From an uncultured Chloroflexia bacterium (GTDB taxonomy: Bacteria > Chloroflexota > Limnocylindria > QHBO01): a DNA stretch of 64,000 nt. Positions 22,424 through 33,234 of this stretch are shown here, piece by piece. Location: positions 1,895 to 65,894 of the forward strand of contig CAWEUD010000041.1 in assembly GCA_963812115.1 (NCBI GenBank), given 5' to 3'. Made by a program: the position numbers and the translations under genes. The stretch's first letter is position 1. Each line of letters begins with the position of its first letter. The notes beneath the pieces were generated by a model. That model did no database searches. It was not told the DNA's origin and saw nothing but the letters and a program-made list of their open reading frames with translations.

Positions 22424-23092
22424 GTGGACTTCGAGGAATCTCTCCGGCTATCGATCGCGCTGGGGTTGACCATCTTCCTGGTCCTGCTGCGCTTCGACTC
22501 GGAGCGGATCATGCGCTCCGACTACTTCCGCTACCGGTACCCGTGGATGGGGCCGATCAGCTACTACGCGCTGGTCGTGGCCTTCGCCATCGGCATCGTG
22601 GTGATCCTGCCGTCGGGGCGCGCTCAGCTCTACCTCACCCCCGGCGACCCGGACTCGCTGCTCCCGATCATGCTGCTCTTCAGCACGGTGGCGATCCTGA
22701 ACGGCGTGGGGTTCGCGTTCCGCTGGTACGGGGGCATCACGCCGCTGCCCACCCCGCTGCTCCCATCTCGGCTCCTTGGTGCAGCGGCGAGCGCGGTCGC
22801 CGATGAGCTCCAGTTCCGCTCGATCGTGCTCGGCATGCTCCTGTTCGCCGATATCCCCGGTGGCGTCGGCAGCGCGCTCGTCATCCAGGCCCTGCTCTAC
22901 GGGCTCGCCCAGCGCAGGCTCTGGCGGGAGCGGCAGTGGTACTTCCTGTTCGGCTCGGTGCTGCTGGGCTACGGCGCCGGCCTGGCGACGGTGACTGCCG
23001 GCTCGGTGGTGCCGGCCATGGTCGGCCACTTCGCCGTGACGGCTGCGCTGTTCGCGTTCGCGGGCGGCCGTCTCCGCCAGCGACCGATCTGA
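22424..23092 (+). CDS. CPBP-family (CAAX-protease-like) intramembrane protein, possibly catalytically degenerate
   Basis: GTG directly abuts the lepA stop. Polytopic. Motif DELQFR ((E/D)ExxxR). The second motif reads YGLAQ (Gln where His is usual). HFAVTAALF near the C-terminus. Confidence 0.55.
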   Translation: MDFEESLRLSIALGLTIFLVLLRFDSERIMRSDYFRYRYPWMGPISYYALVVAFAIGIVVILPSGRAQLYLTPGDPDSLLPIMLLFSTVAILNGVGFAFRWYGGITPLPTPLLPSRLLGAAASAVADELQFRSIVLGMLLFADIPGGVGSALVIQALLYGLAQRRLWRERQWYFLFGSVLLGYGAGLATVTAGSVVPAMVGHFAVTAALFAFAGGRLRQRPI

Positions 23093-23129
23093 GCGCCTTC
23101 TCGCGCATGGTCCCCGGCGCCGGAAGCAC

Positions 23130-25778
23130 CTAGGCCAGAAGCGCCTCCACCTCGTCCAGGGTCATGGTGCGTCCCGCTTCGTAGGCGCGGTCGAATGCAT
23201 CGTCGCCCATCTGGGCACGTGCTGCGACCGACGGGTCCGCGAGTTTCAAGGTCCGGATGGGCGTCGCCATCTCCCCGAGCGGCTCGCGCAACAGGTCGTA
23301 GGCCCCATTCAACCGTGCCGCCCGCTCCGATTCGCCGGCCACCACGGCCGAGGCCGCCGCGAGCATCAGCACCCGCACCATCCAGTGGCGGTCATCGGCG
23401 GCCCGGAAGGTGCCGAACGCCTCGTGCTGCATCCTGCGGGCGACGTCGTACTGACCCGCACCGGCTTCGAGATAGGACAGAAAGCCGGTCCCAATCGCCG
23501 CCCGGAACCCTTCGCCCACCTCGCGGAAGACCTGCACGTTCTCACTCTGCAACCTTCGCGCCTCCGCGAACTCGCCCATGTGGAACATCAGGAATGCGAG
23601 CGCTTCCCGCAGGCGCAGGATCAGGGTCCGGTCGCCGATCCGGGTAGAGATCTCGAGGGCCTCCTCGTAGAGCGCGCGCGCTGCCGTGTGCTTCCCGGCC
23701 ACCGATCGGACATAGCCCACGTTGTAGAGCGCTTCGGCCAGGCCCACCGGATCGTCCAGGGAGCGCTCGATCGCCAGCCCGGCGTCGTAGGCCCGCCCGG
23801 CCGCGTCCATGTCGCTCTGCCAGTACGCCAGGCCGCCAAGGGCCGAAAGCGCATGGGCGCGCGCGGCGGTTTCGCCTGCGGCATCGCCGCGAGCCAACAG
23901 CTCCTCGAGCACCGCACGGCCCTCCGCCAATGTGCCGCGCAGCTGCCAGAAGCGCCATAGATTGGCGCCCATCGCGAGGGCCTCCTGAATGCGACCATCG
24001 TCGCCGAGACCCTGGAGGGCGGCGCGAAGGTTGTCCTGGTCAGCGTCCAGTCGCTCAGTCCATTCTTTCTGGCGCGCACCCATGATCTCGCCGGCCGCTC
24101 GGTCCGCCAGCGCCGAAAACAAGTCCTCGTGCGCGCGCCGCACGGACTCCCAGTCGGCACTCTCGCCAAGCCGCTCCAGGGCGTACTCGCGGATCGTCGC
24201 GAGCATCCCGAAGCGCGGGACGCCGGCGATGCCGTCCATCTGGCGCACGAGACTCTTGTCCACGAGGGAGGAAAGGAGATCGAGCATGTCGGCACCCAGC
24301 TCCGCCTCCGGATCGCAGATGGCTTCTGCGTCGGGAAACGAACAGCCGTCCACGAAGACGCCGAGCCGCCGAAACAGGGATCGCTCTTTCTCGTTGAGGA
24401 GGTCATGGCTCCAGTCGATGGTGCCGCGCAGGGTCCGCTGGCGCTCGCTCAGGTCGGCGCCGGTGGATGTCAGCAGGGAGAGGCTCTTCTCAAGCCGCGC
24501 GAGGATTGCATCCGGTGTCAGCAGCTTGATGCGCGCCGCCGCCAACTCGATCGCCAAGGGGAGCCCATCGAGGTGAGAACAGATGGCGGCGACCGCCGGG
24601 GCGTTCTGGTCGTCGACCGCGAAGTCGGGTCTCACCGCCTGCGCGCGCTGGATGAAGAGCGTGACTGCGTCATATTGCGAAATTGTCTCCAGCGACGGCC
24701 GGGCAGCGAGGTCCGGCAGGCCGAGCGGCGGAACCGGGTACTCCTGCTCGCCTCGCAGGTGCAACGCTTCACGACTGGTTGCGATTGCGGTGAGCCTGGG
24801 CGCAGCGGCAAGCAGCTCAGCCACCATCGGCGCGCCCTTCTGGACCTGCTCGAAGTTGTCGAGCACCAGGAGGAGCTGTCGATCGGCTAGGTGGTCCTTG
24901 AGCGACTCCATCACCGGGCGGTCCGGCTTCTCGTGAATGCCGAGCGCCATTGCCACCGTGGTCGGAATGAGGGTTGGATCGGTGATGGGCGAGAGATCCA
25001 CGAAGAAGGCTCCACCGCTGAACTCCGGTGCAAGCTGGGCAGCAACGTGCAGCGAGAGGCGGGTCTTGCCGGTGCCCCCCGGTCCCGTGAGCGTCACCAG
25101 TCGCGACCGGCGCGTGAGCGCTGCAAGGTCTCCAGCTTCCCGTTGGCGACCGACGAAAGTCGTCAGCTGGGCGGGGAGGTTCGACGGCGTTTCCAGCGTG
25201 CGGACCGGCGGGAAGTCGCCTTGCAGGCCACTCACCACCAGTTGGATCAATCGCTCTGGTCGATCCAGGTCCTTGAGCCGATGCTCGCCGAGGTCTCGGA
25301 GCCCGAATTCGGGGGGTAACGATCCCGCGACAAGCGCACGCGTGGCATCCGAGAGCAGCACCTGCCCGCCGTGAGCCGCCGCTGCGATGCGCGCTGCGCG
25401 GTGGACGTCCAGGCCGACGTAGTTGTCCCCGCCCAGAATCCCCTCGCCCGAGTGCAATCCCATCCGGACGCGTACCTCGCCAGCATTCACCGGCCACGCC
25501 ACTGCGGCTAGGGATCGTTGGGCCGTGGCGGTGGCCACCACCGCGGCGACCGCGCTGGGGAAGACGATGAAGAACGAGTCGCCTTCTGTGGCGACTTCCA
25601 CGCCACCGCCTGCGGCAAAGGCGACCCGAAGCAGGCCCTGGTGGCGTTCCAGCAGGGAAGCGTAGGCGCTGCCGAGCGCCTGGACCAGCCGGGTCGAGCC
25701 CTCGATGTCGGTGAACAGGAACGTCAGGGTCCCGATGGGCAAGCTGCGCGCGCGCCTGGCACCACCGGACTCCGCCAT
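23130..25778 (-). CDS. Class III nucleotidyl cyclase - P-loop STAND/AAA NTPase - TPR multidomain signalling protein
   Basis: ATG 25778 (MAESGG..). Cyclase motifs TLTFLFTDIEGSTRL, EGDSFFIVF, GLHSGE, GLDVHRAARI. Walker A LTGPGGTGKTRL, Walker B-like LLLVLDNFEQ. About 350 aa of TPR-like repeats (ALYNVGYV.., RALYEEALEI.., FLSYLEAGAG..). The ORF-track N-terminal 95 aa are antisense to hemW. Confidence 0.85.
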   Translation of the reverse strand: MAESGGARRARSLPIGTLTFLFTDIEGSTRLVQALGSAYASLLERHQGLLRVAFAAGGGVEVATEGDSFFIVFPSAVAAVVATATAQRSLAAVAWPVNAGEVRVRMGLHSGEGILGGDNYVGLDVHRAARIAAAAHGGQVLLSDATRALVAGSLPPEFGLRDLGEHRLKDLDRPERLIQLVVSGLQGDFPPVRTLETPSNLPAQLTTFVGRQREAGDLAALTRRSRLVTLTGPGGTGKTRLSLHVAAQLAPEFSGGAFFVDLSPITDPTLIPTTVAMALGIHEKPDRPVMESLKDHLADRQLLLVLDNFEQVQKGAPMVAELLAAAPRLTAIATSREALHLRGEQEYPVPPLGLPDLAARPSLETISQYDAVTLFIQRAQAVRPDFAVDDQNAPAVAAICSHLDGLPLAIELAAARIKLLTPDAILARLEKSLSLLTSTGADLSERQRTLRGTIDWSHDLLNEKERSLFRRLGVFVDGCSFPDAEAICDPEAELGADMLDLLSSLVDKSLVRQMDGIAGVPRFGMLATIREYALERLGESADWESVRRAHEDLFSALADRAAGEIMGARQKEWTERLDADQDNLRAALQGLGDDGRIQEALAMGANLWRFWQLRGTLAEGRAVLEELLARGDAAGETAARAHALSALGGLAYWQSDMDAAGRAYDAGLAIERSLDDPVGLAEALYNVGYVRSVAGKHTAARALYEEALEISTRIGDRTLILRLREALAFLMFHMGEFAEARRLQSENVQVFREVGEGFRAAIGTGFLSYLEAGAGQYDVARRMQHEAFGTFRAADDRHWMVRVLMLAAASAVVAGESERAARLNGAYDLLREPLGEMATPIRTLKLADPSVAARAQMGDDAFDRAYEAGRTMTLDEVEALLA

Positions 25779-25823
25779 CCGCGGAGGATACGCGCCCGCG
25801 GTCCGCCAGGGGCATGCGCGTTG

Positions 25824-25829
25824 TAGTCT
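25824..25829 (+). promoter_or_regulatory. Candidate -10 box TAGTCT, 6 nt upstream of the hemW ATG (leaderless-type start)
   Basis: ttgTAGTCTcgcggcATG. No Shine-Dalgarno sequence is possible in 6 nt. Confidence 0.35.
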
Positions 25830-25835
25830 CGCGGC

Positions 25836-27044
25836 ATGTCGTCCACGGGCCACCTGTACGTGCATGTCCCCTTCTGCCGCCTCGTATGCGCCTATTGCGA
25901 CTTCGTCACGGTCGGCGGCCGCGCAGCCGACATCCCGCGCTACGTGGACGCCCTGCTCGCCGAGCTGGCGCTGCGGCCCGCGCGCGGCCACCTGGCGACG
26001 ATCTACGTCGGCGGTGGGACTCCCTCTCTGCTGCCGGCACCAGCGATGGCGGCCGTGATCCAAGCTGCCGTTACCGCGTGGGGGAACAGCGCGGACGAAA
26101 TCACCGTCGAGGCAAATCCAAGCGCCCGCGAGACGCCAGACTGGGTCGGCCTGCGGACGGCCGGCGTGACGCGCATCTCACTGGGCGTGCAGGCGCTCTC
26201 CGACGCTCAGTTGCGCACGCTGGCTCGCGGTCACACCGTCGACGAGGCACGCGATGCCTACCGCGCCGTGCGCGCCGCCGGCTTTGCGAACGTCAGCCTG
26301 GACCTCATCTACGGGATTCCCGGCCAATCCGCCGCCGAGTGGCACCGGACCCTGACCGATGCCGTAGCCCTCGAACCGGACCACCTATCCCTCTACGCGC
26401 TCCAGCTTTCCCTGAGTCCCGATGAGTGGGCGGCGCCGCCGCGGCAGGGCGCACTCCGATGGCGGAGCCGGCTGGCGGCCAAGCAGGACGACGCACTGGC
26501 TGCGGAACAGTATCGGGCCGCGGCAGAGATGCTCGCGGCGGCGGGCTTCGTCCACTACGAGCTGTCGTCCTGGGCACGACCCGGCCGCGAGTCTGCCCAC
26601 AACGCGGCGTACTGGGCGCGCCGCCCCTACACCGGCTTGGGCGCCGGCGCGCATTCCTATGACGGCGCATCTGTCCGCTCCTGGAACGAGCGCGACCTCG
26701 ACCGCTACCTGGCAGCGGTGGAGGCCGGACGGCTGCCGCGGGGTGGCATGGAGGAGCTCGACGAGCCGACGCTCGCTTTCGAGGCTGTCGCGCTCGGACT
26801 GCGGAACGTCGCCGGATTCGAGCGCGCGACGTTTGCGGCCGAGTTCGGATGCGATCCCGTGGAGCGCTTCGCCACCGCGGTGGCCGACGCCGCCGGCCGC
26901 GGCCTGCTCGATGTCGATGCTGAATCCGTCCGCCTGAGCCCAGAGGGGCGGTTGATGGCCAACGAGGTCCTGATCGGGTTCCTGCCCGACGTGCCTCAGC
27001 CCGCTGACCGCCGGCGGCGCAACCAGGCCAGCATCCCCGCGTAG
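25836..27044 (+). CDS. hemW: Radical SAM heme chaperone HemW (HemN-like, oxygen-independent coproporphyrinogen oxidase family)
   Basis: LYVHVPFCRLVCAYCDF (CxxxCxxC), GGGTPS, HemN_C-like C-terminus. Confidence 0.88.
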   Translation: MSSTGHLYVHVPFCRLVCAYCDFVTVGGRAADIPRYVDALLAELALRPARGHLATIYVGGGTPSLLPAPAMAAVIQAAVTAWGNSADEITVEANPSARETPDWVGLRTAGVTRISLGVQALSDAQLRTLARGHTVDEARDAYRAVRAAGFANVSLDLIYGIPGQSAAEWHRTLTDAVALEPDHLSLYALQLSLSPDEWAAPPRQGALRWRSRLAAKQDDALAAEQYRAAAEMLAAAGFVHYELSSWARPGRESAHNAAYWARRPYTGLGAGAHSYDGASVRSWNERDLDRYLAAVEAGRLPRGGMEELDEPTLAFEAVALGLRNVAGFERATFAAEFGCDPVERFATAVADAAGRGLLDVDAESVRLSPEGRLMANEVLIGFLPDVPQPADRRRRNQASIPA

Positions 27045-27142
27045 ACGACCGAGCCTGCTGCACCGGCCAGCAGGTCGTTGACCGTTCCGTGGTGCGCGCA
27101 CGTTGCGCAGCCCCAGCCAGGCGTCGCGGGAGTCACCCTTCG

Positions 27143-27172
27143 TTGACATCGGTCGCCCGCGGTTGGTACGAT
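27143..27172 (+). promoter_or_regulatory. Candidate hrcA-grpE-dnaK promoter (TTGACA-18 nt-TACGAT)
   Basis: TTGACA 27143-27148, TACGAT 27167-27172, CIRCE 14 nt downstream. Confidence 0.55.
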
Positions 27173-27185
27173 GCGGCTGCCCTTG

Positions 27186-27212
27186 TTAGCACTCTCGGCA
27201 TGAGAGTGCCAA
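27186..27212 (+). promoter_or_regulatory. CIRCE operator (HrcA binding site) no. 1
   Basis: TTAGCACTC-tcggcatga-GAGTGCCAA compared with consensus TTAGCACTC-N9-GAGTGCTAA (1 mismatch). Lies 30 nt upstream of the hrcA ATG. Confidence 0.9.
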
Positions 27213-27241
27213 CACCAACCGGGGCAACCAGCGGAGGAACG

Positions 27242-28340
27242 ATGCCAGCAGAGCGCGAAGCGCACGACGAGCGGCTGCCGTTCCGTCCCGGCATCGAGCT
27301 GACGGACCGGCAGCGGTCCGTGCTGCGCGCCGTGGTGGAGGATTACGTCTTCAGCGCGAACCCCGTCGGCTCCAAGACGCTCGTCCAGCGTCATGGCCTG
27401 CGCGTGAGCCCGGCGACCATCCGCAGCGCCATGGCGGAGCTTGAGGCGATGGGCCTGCTCACCCACCCGCACACCAGCGCTGGCCGCGTGCCCTCGGACC
27501 TGGGCTACCGGATCTACGTGGAGTCGCTGATGCGCGAAGCGCAGCTCGACAGCGCGGATCAGCTCATGATCCGACACCAGTTCAGCCAGGTCCAGCTGAC
27601 GAGCAACGAGTGGCTGCGGCTGGCGGCGAGCATCCTGTCGGCGACGACCCACTCCGCCGCGGTGGTGACCCCGGCTCGCTCGCGTCGAGCGAAGTTCGGG
27701 CATCTCCAGCTGGTGGAGCTGGCCGACCAGACGCGACTCGCCGTGCTGGTGCTGGCCGACGGGAACGTGGTCCAGCGGCGCCTGGATCGCGCCACGCTCG
27801 ATCGGATGGCCGGCGCTTCCGCCATCGGCCAGGCAGAGCTCGACATGGCTGCCAACGTGCTGAATGCAGAGCTCGGCGGGCTTTCGGCTCCCCTGGTGCG
27901 CCGTCGCAGCGCCCGCTTCGGCCGCCTCGAGGGCCACGTGGCAGAGGTCGTCGCCCAGCTCCTCGAGGAGTCGGACGGCGCCGTGGTCGAGGAGGTCTTC
28001 ACCGACGGCCTGCCCTACGTCCTGGAGCAGCCCGAGTTCTCGCAGGGCGCGAAACTGCGCGGCGTGCTGGAGATCCTGCAGCGCTCCGATTTCCTGGAGC
28101 AACTGCTGCCGGTCCTCACCCGGCGGCGTGGCGTGCACGTGATCATCGGCCACGAGAACACCATCGACGCGATGCACGAGGTGAGCCTCGTCTTCGCGCC
28201 GTACGGCGCGCCGGATCGGGCACTCGGCATGCTGGGTGTCCTGGGTCCGACCAGGATGCCCTACCCACGGGCCATCCCGACGGTCCGCTACCTGTCCAAC
28301 CTGATGAACGAGCTGATCACCAGCCACTACGGCGAGACGC

Positions 28341-28348
<8 letters not shown>
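27242..28348 (+). CDS. hrcA: Heat-inducible transcription repressor HrcA
   Basis: GGAGG RBS. LTDRQRSVLRAVVEDYV..PVGSKTL.....VSPATIRSAMAELEAMGLLTHPHTSAGRVPSDLGYRIYV. Confidence 0.92.
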
Positions 28349-30847
<2,499 letters not shown>

Positions 30848-31063
30848 TCCTTCCCGGTACGGGATGGGCCGCCGGACCACCCCCTTGGCTGGCTAGCGCA
30901 ACAGCCGGCGGGGGTCGCCCGGCGGCCCTTCGCATGTCGGGGAGCAGGCCTCCCTGCTGGAGTTCTTGCCCTCGGGCCTGTGCCGCCTTTAGGGCGTCGG
31001 CTCACCGTTGACAGTCGCGAGGTCACCGGCGCATCGTCGCGGCGACAAGGGAGTTGGCGACGC

Positions 31064-31282
31064 ATGGACGAGCCCGGCCTCACCCCGATACAGCGCCTGG
31101 ACCTCTACGTCGGCGGCGTGATACGACGCGTGATCCTGCTCATGGTCGCAGTGCCCGCGGCGGCGATCATCGGCTATGGGTTGGCGTCGATCTGGACCGG
31201 CCTGCCGGTGATCGTGGGGGCTGTGCTCCTGCTTGTATTCCTCATGCCGTTGTTCCGCGGGATTCGCCAGGGACTCCGCTGA
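31064..31282 (+). CDS. Small hypothetical membrane protein (72 aa, two TM helices)
   Basis: AAGGGAG lies 10 nt upstream of ATG 31064. MDEPGLTPIQRLDLYVGGVIRRVILLMVAVPAAAIIGYGLASIWTGLPVIVGAVLLLVFLMPLFRGIRQGLR*. Confidence 0.45.
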   Translation: MDEPGLTPIQRLDLYVGGVIRRVILLMVAVPAAAIIGYGLASIWTGLPVIVGAVLLLVFLMPLFRGIRQGLR

Positions 31283-31671
31283 GGCCAGCCCGTCCTCACC
31301 CCTGCCGTTGCCGTTTACGACTCCCAGTCGTGCTACGTGGCAAGAGCGTCCCATCCCTCGCGAGCCCCGAATCCCAGTCGTAGTAGCCGCGCCCATCGGC
31401 GCTGATTCCTGCCACCTACGAATGCCATTCGTGGTGAGCACGCTTTCAGGGGCTCAAGGTGGCAGCAGGCATACGCCGGGCGGCCGCGCGAGCGTGCCTT
31501 CGAGACGTATGCAGCGCAGAGACTCGCAAGTTCCCGCATAGCACGATCCCCGCTCGTAGATGGCGGGCACGGCGCAGTGAAACCGAGGGACGAAGCCGCG
31601 GAATGTCACGGCGGCATGCGGCATGCGGCTTGCGGCTCGTTGGCGGGAACGCAACGAGAGGGGAGACTGGC
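31283..31671. other. Approximately 390-nt region without a convincing CDS; repeat- and hairpin-rich; possible structured leader/ncRNA or decayed gene
   Basis: All ORFs here (31233..31541+, 31333..31539-, 31446..31679-, 31454..31654-) are Arg/Cys/Pro-rich and not protein-like. Direct repeat TCCCAGTCGT(g/a)(c/g)TA at 31322-31335 and 31371-31384. Hairpins acgaatg/cattcgt (31408-31422), gcatacg...cgtatgc (31469-31475/31506-31512), ctcgttg-gcgggaacg-caacgag (31636-31658). Confidence 0.4.
31611..31638 (+). repeat. Four tandem heptamers (GCGGCAT GCGGCAT GCGGCTT GCGGCTC)
   Basis: Read directly from the sequence. Immediately precedes the hairpin and SD (AGGGGAG) of the gene starting at GTG 31672. Confidence 0.8.
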
Positions 31672-31872
31672 GTGGACAAGCTCGTTCAGATGATCCAGGA
31701 CCGCACCGGCATCGGCGAGGACAAGGCGAGAACCGCGGCCGAGACCGCCATCGACTTCCTCAAGGACCGGCTGCCGGACCCGATCGCGAGCCAGATCGAC
31801 GACGTTGTTTCGGGCGAATCCTCGAACGACGACTCGCCGATGGGCAGCGTGGGCAAGATGTTCGGCAGCTGA
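31672..31872 (+). CDS. Small acidic hypothetical protein (66 aa)
   Basis: AGGGGAG lies 6 nt upstream of GTG 31672. VDKLVQMIQDRTGIGEDKARTAAETAIDFLKDRLPDPIASQIDDVVSGESSNDDSPMGSVGKMFGS* has protein-like, helical composition. Confidence 0.5.
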   Translation: MDKLVQMIQDRTGIGEDKARTAAETAIDFLKDRLPDPIASQIDDVVSGESSNDDSPMGSVGKMFGS

Positions 31873-31963
31873 GCTGCCCGGTCCGGGACGCCACGTCCCG
31901 GCCTGACACCAGGCGCGCCGGGTTCAGCCAGCCGGCGGAGCCAACCGGCGCCGATCCAGCCCC

Positions 31964-32368
31964 CTACCCCAGCTCCGAGGTGCAGTTCGGGCAGCGCTTG
32001 GCGGCGACCGGGATGTCGGTCGCGCAGAACGGGCAGGCCTTGGCGGTCGGCGCCTCGCCCGGTTCCTGGGACGCCCGGCGGGCCTGGACGGCGTTCATCG
32101 GCCGGACCACGAAGAAGAAGAGCGCCAGTGCGATCAGCAGGAATGCGATGAGCGCGTTGAGGAAGTTGCCGTAGGCCACGACCGCGCCGCCAGGCGTCTC
32201 CCAGGTCAGCTGCGAGAAGTCGTCGACGCCCACCAGGCCAAGCAGCGGCGTCAGGATGTCGACCACGAACGAGTTGATGACGAGCGCGAACGCGCCGCCG
32301 ATGACGACCGCCACAGCCAGGTCGATGACGTTTCCCCGCATGATGAAGTCGCGGAATTCGCGCAGCAT
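31964..32368 (-). CDS. mscL: Large-conductance mechanosensitive channel MscL with a C-terminal CxxC..CxxC zinc-ribbon-like tail
   Basis: MLREFRDFIMRGNVIDLAVAVVIGGAF..VVDILTPLLG..YGNFLNALIAFLLIALALFFFV. Tail ACPFCATDIPVAAKRCPNCTSELG*. Confidence 0.9.
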   Translation of the reverse strand: MLREFRDFIMRGNVIDLAVAVVIGGAFALVINSFVVDILTPLLGLVGVDDFSQLTWETPGGAVVAYGNFLNALIAFLLIALALFFFVVRPMNAVQARRASQEPGEAPTAKACPFCATDIPVAAKRCPNCTSELG

Positions 32369-32436
32369 GGGACGCTCCTCCGTATCGGCTCGGGATGGAC
32401 GTACCGACTATACGGCCGCTGGCTAGACTCGGACCG

Positions 32437-33226
32437 ATGCGCCTCGCCACCTGGAACGTCAACTCCCTGAAGGCTCGCCTGGACCGGGTCCTGGCCTGGA
32501 CCGAGCGGCAGCAGCCGGACGTGCTCTGCCTGCAGGAGACGAAGGTCTCCGACGAGCAGGCACCCATGATGGACTTCCGCGCCCTCGGCTACGACCTGGT
32601 CCACCATGGCCCGGGCCGGTGGAACGGCGTGGCGATCGCCTCGCGCATCGGGATCGACGAAGTGGTCGCGGGCATCCCGGCCGATGACGGCTGGACCGAT
32701 GACGGCGGCCGCTTCCTGGCAGCCACCTGTGGCGGCGTGCGCGTCGCGAGCATCTACGTCCCCAACGGTCGCATGGTCGACTCGGAGTTCTACCTGGCCA
32801 AGCTCGATTGGCTGGCGCGGCTGTCGGCATGGCTGGACGACAACGACCCGCACGCCGAGCTGGCGATCTGCGGGGACTACAACGTGGCGCCGGAGGACAT
32901 CGACGTCTGGGATGCGGCGGCGGCCCACGGCGCGACCCACGTCTCGCCGCGCGAGCGCGCTGCCGTGGCGCAGCCTCCGAGCGTGGGGGATGGTCGACGT
33001 CGTGCGCAACTTCCACCCCGAGCCCGGCTACTTCACCTGGTGGGACTACCGCGCCGGGCACTTCCACAAGAACTTCGGGATGCGGATCGACCACGTGTAC
33101 GTAACGCCGCCGCTCGCCGGCCGAGCCGTGGCCGCCGACCGCGACCGCGATGCTCGCAAGCCGTCCACCTACCCGGGCATACCCTCCGACCACGCGCCGA
33201 TCGTCGTCGACTTCGCGGACAGCTGA
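32437..33226 (+). CDS. xthA: Exodeoxyribonuclease III (AP endonuclease), with one +1 frame disruption near 32973-32975
   Basis: MRLATWNVNSLKARL..VLCLQETK..ICGDYNVAPEDIDVWD..THVSPRERAAVAQ is in ORF 32395..33609. LRAWGMVDVVRNFHP..WWDYR..RIDHVYV..SDHAPIVVDF is in ORF 32606..33226. TAGACT (32424-32429) lies 7 nt upstream of the ATG. Confidence 0.88.
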
Positions 33227-33234
33227 TCGCTCGC

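Noticed and set aside
23093-23129. Terminator between the convergent CPBP and cyclase genes (palindrome CCGGCGCCGG)
   Set aside because: The 10-nt perfect palindrome leaves no loop and has no flanking U-tract, so it is not convincing as an intrinsic terminator.
31283-31671. Assignment of the noncoding region to a known RNA class (T-box, cobalamin, TPP, ydaO, tmRNA, RNase P, SRP, 6S)
   Set aside because: Signature sequences of these classes (for example the T-box GGTGGTACCGCG, the B12 box, the RNase P GAGGAAAGTCC, the tmRNA tRNA-like end) are not present. GGTGGCAGCAGG at 31458 is only a superficial T-box resemblance. The region is kept as an unassigned element instead.
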